NCBI GenBank assembly: GCA_963753655.1
Contig: CAVWDB010000006.1
Location: 684,693 to 748,692 of the forward strand
Length of the DNA stretch: 64,000 nucleotides
DNA from: an uncultured Chloroflexia bacterium
GTDB taxonomy: Bacteria; Chloroflexota; Anaerolineae; Anaerolineales; Villigracilaceae
Reading direction: 5' to 3'
Part shown: piece after piece, positions 62,193-64,000 of the stretch
Position numbering within the stretch: the first letter of the stretch is position 1
Layout: each line of letters starts with the position of its first letter
The notes under the pieces: model-generated
What the model was told of the DNA's origin: nothing
What the model saw: only the letters and a program-made list of their open reading frames with translations
The model's database searches: none
Program-made: the position numbers and the translations under genes

Positions 62193-63352
62193 TTAGGGCC
62201 TTGGTGTGCTGACAACCACTCCGACCCACGAAAAGACTCTCTTCTCGCTAATGGCTCCCGCCGAAACGTAGATCGATTGTCCCTGTTCGTCGACGCCATT
62301 CTGCCGGACCGTTGTGACCGACCAGCGAATCACATGCGCCAGGTTATCGTTCGGGCGGAAGGAAGTTGGGACAATGAATTTCGTGTCGGTTACATATTCA
62401 GTGATGTGTCGTCCCTGACCGGAGGTCACATCTTCGATAATCACCTGATAAGCTTCGTTGTCGCGCAATGTGCCTATGGATGCCCATTGCAAAGTGACTA
62501 CGTCATTTGCCAGGGTAAAGGCAGCGCCGTCCGCAGGCAGGAGCAGGCTCGGAGCCTGGTAGGGAGGCGGAAGGGTCGCCGTGGGAGTTGGTCCCGGTGT
62601 GGCAAATCGCTCACACAACGGAATAATGATGGGCTGTCCAAGGAATACATTGTCGGAAGAAAGCCCGTTATAGAACTTGATGGCGTCCTGCGGCACGTTG
62701 TAGCTCAAGGCAATGCTTGAAAGTGTATCGTTTTCCTGAACAGTATAAGAGATTTTTTCACAGGCTTGTGCGGTTTGTGTTGCTTCATTCGGGATATCGG
62801 TTGGCGGCGGCGCCGGAGTTGGCGTTGGGTAGGGATAGAAGTATTTGTCCGACAGATACAAAGCATTCAGAGGACAGTTTATTTAACACAATGATACTTT
62901 GAACTGAAACTCTGAACGTAGCAGCGATCACGCCGCATGTTTCGCCTGTACGCACAGTATATTCAACAGGGCGGCAAAGGGTGTTACTGTAGGGATGGCT
63001 GTTGGGTGCCTGTTTCTGTTGCCGTCGCGGTTGCGGTACCAGTTACTGTGGCTGTCCCTTCGGTGGCAAGTTCTGTAGTGGGTTCTCCGCCTCCAAGCGC
63101 GCCTAAGCCAAAATAAACGATTGCCGCGCCGATCAGTAAAATGATCACGAGCGCGCCAAGCGCCGTAGGCAGGCTGAGCGTAACCTCAGGCATGCGGCTT
63201 GCCTGCATACCCGATTCAGCTTTTTTTGATTTTGTCGCGGCTTTTGCCGTTAGTTCGGTGCCGCACACCAGACAACGCGTTGCATTTTCGCTTAGCCGCG
63301 TTCCACATGTGGGGCAGACCTTTGTTTTTTGTGAAGAGGGTTCTTGAAGCAT
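62193..63352 (-). CDS. Zinc-ribbon/TM/LysM protein (frameshifted)
   Basis: CPTCG...CLVCG, TM, LysM YTVQENDTLSSIA, P/T linkers. Confidence 0.75.
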
Positions 63353-63463
63353 AACGGCGGGAATTATACACCATCGAACACTTTTTGGATTTTGCGCCTG
63401 TGGGTTTCGAAATTAATGCTTATACAAGTGGATTTCCGAAGCCTTGTGGATAAAGCGCTTCTT

Positions 63464-64000
63464 TTACGCTTTTATCTGCTTCGCTCCGAACGAATTGAAC
63501 TCAACCTTAGCCGCGTAATCGCTATATCCACCCAGATATTCAGTAATGACCGAATCTTTCAACTCGAAAATCCTGTTGACGGTTCTATCCAGAAAATATC
63601 GGTCGTGAGAAATGACCAGAACGGTCCCGTTGAATTCGTCGAGAGCATTCTCCAACACTTCGGCAGACGCAATATCGAGATTGTTTGTTGGCTCGTCCAG
63701 CAATAGAAAATTCGCGCCTGAAAGTACAAGTAAAGCCAGTTGTAAACGGCTCCGTTCGCCGCCCGAAAGCGACCCGATTTTTTGCGTGGCTTGTTGATAA
63801 GTGAACAGGTAGCGGGTCAATAAGGAGACGGCTCTGCCTTCGCTCATATTCCCAGACAAGCGGACCGTGTCAATTACCGATTGATTAAAGTCCAAGGTTT
63901 CATGTTCTTGCGCGTAGTAACCAGCCTTCACACTCGGTCCGATCTTGATCTCGCCAACTGTTGGTTGTTCCCTGCCCAGTATCAAGCGCAACAGCACGGA
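63464..64000 (-). CDS. ABC-F family ATPase, C-terminal part
   Basis: LSGGERSRL, LLLDEPTNNLD, ISHDRYFL. Confidence 0.9.
   Translation of the reverse strand, partial: SVLLRLILGREQPTVGEIKIGPSVKAGYYAQEHETLDFNQSVIDTVRLSGNMSEGRAVSLLTRYLFTYQQATQKIGSLSGGERSRLQLALLVLSGANFLLLDEPTNNLDIASAEVLENALDEFNGTVLVISHDRYFLDRTVNRIFELKDSVITEYLGGYSDYAAKVEFNSFGAKQIKA

Noticed and set aside
62079-62720. Long antisense ORFs (also 11288-12013, 57247-57909, 54208-54828)
   Set aside because: These are shadow frames opposite well-supported genes, with no motifs.

Overview
This is a 64 kb bacterial chromosomal window. Gene content and style suggest Chloroflexota/Anaerolineae, which is an inference. Many genes carry single-base indels, probably long-read errors. 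Positions 1-12.3 kb form a copper/redox accessory island downstream of a tRNA-Val locus that is flanked by split or degenerate tRNA fragments. The island holds a circularly permuted CcdA, a rhodanese, YHS and DUF305 proteins, a CPH-type copper P-ATPase and an OmpR/BaeS-like two-component system. It also holds a five-gene operon: PCYCGC lipoprotein, CuA-type cupredoxin, membrane polyferredoxin, CuA+cytochrome c protein, and a candidate Cys-Sec selenoprotein with an in-frame UGA and a SECIS-like hairpin. Two distinct operator motifs recur across the island's promoters. The rest is mostly housekeeping (selB, menC-like, secG, pyrG, pth, mfd, MoxR/DUF58 cluster, orphan NuoN/MrpD-like membrane module) plus one DDE insertion sequence. 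Intergenic and coding DNA is densely colonised by several palindromic repeat families. Some carry nested 23-28 nt inserts, including a covarying pseudoknot-shaped pair. Two cargo genes are flanked by duplicated 3' ends of their upstream neighbours.
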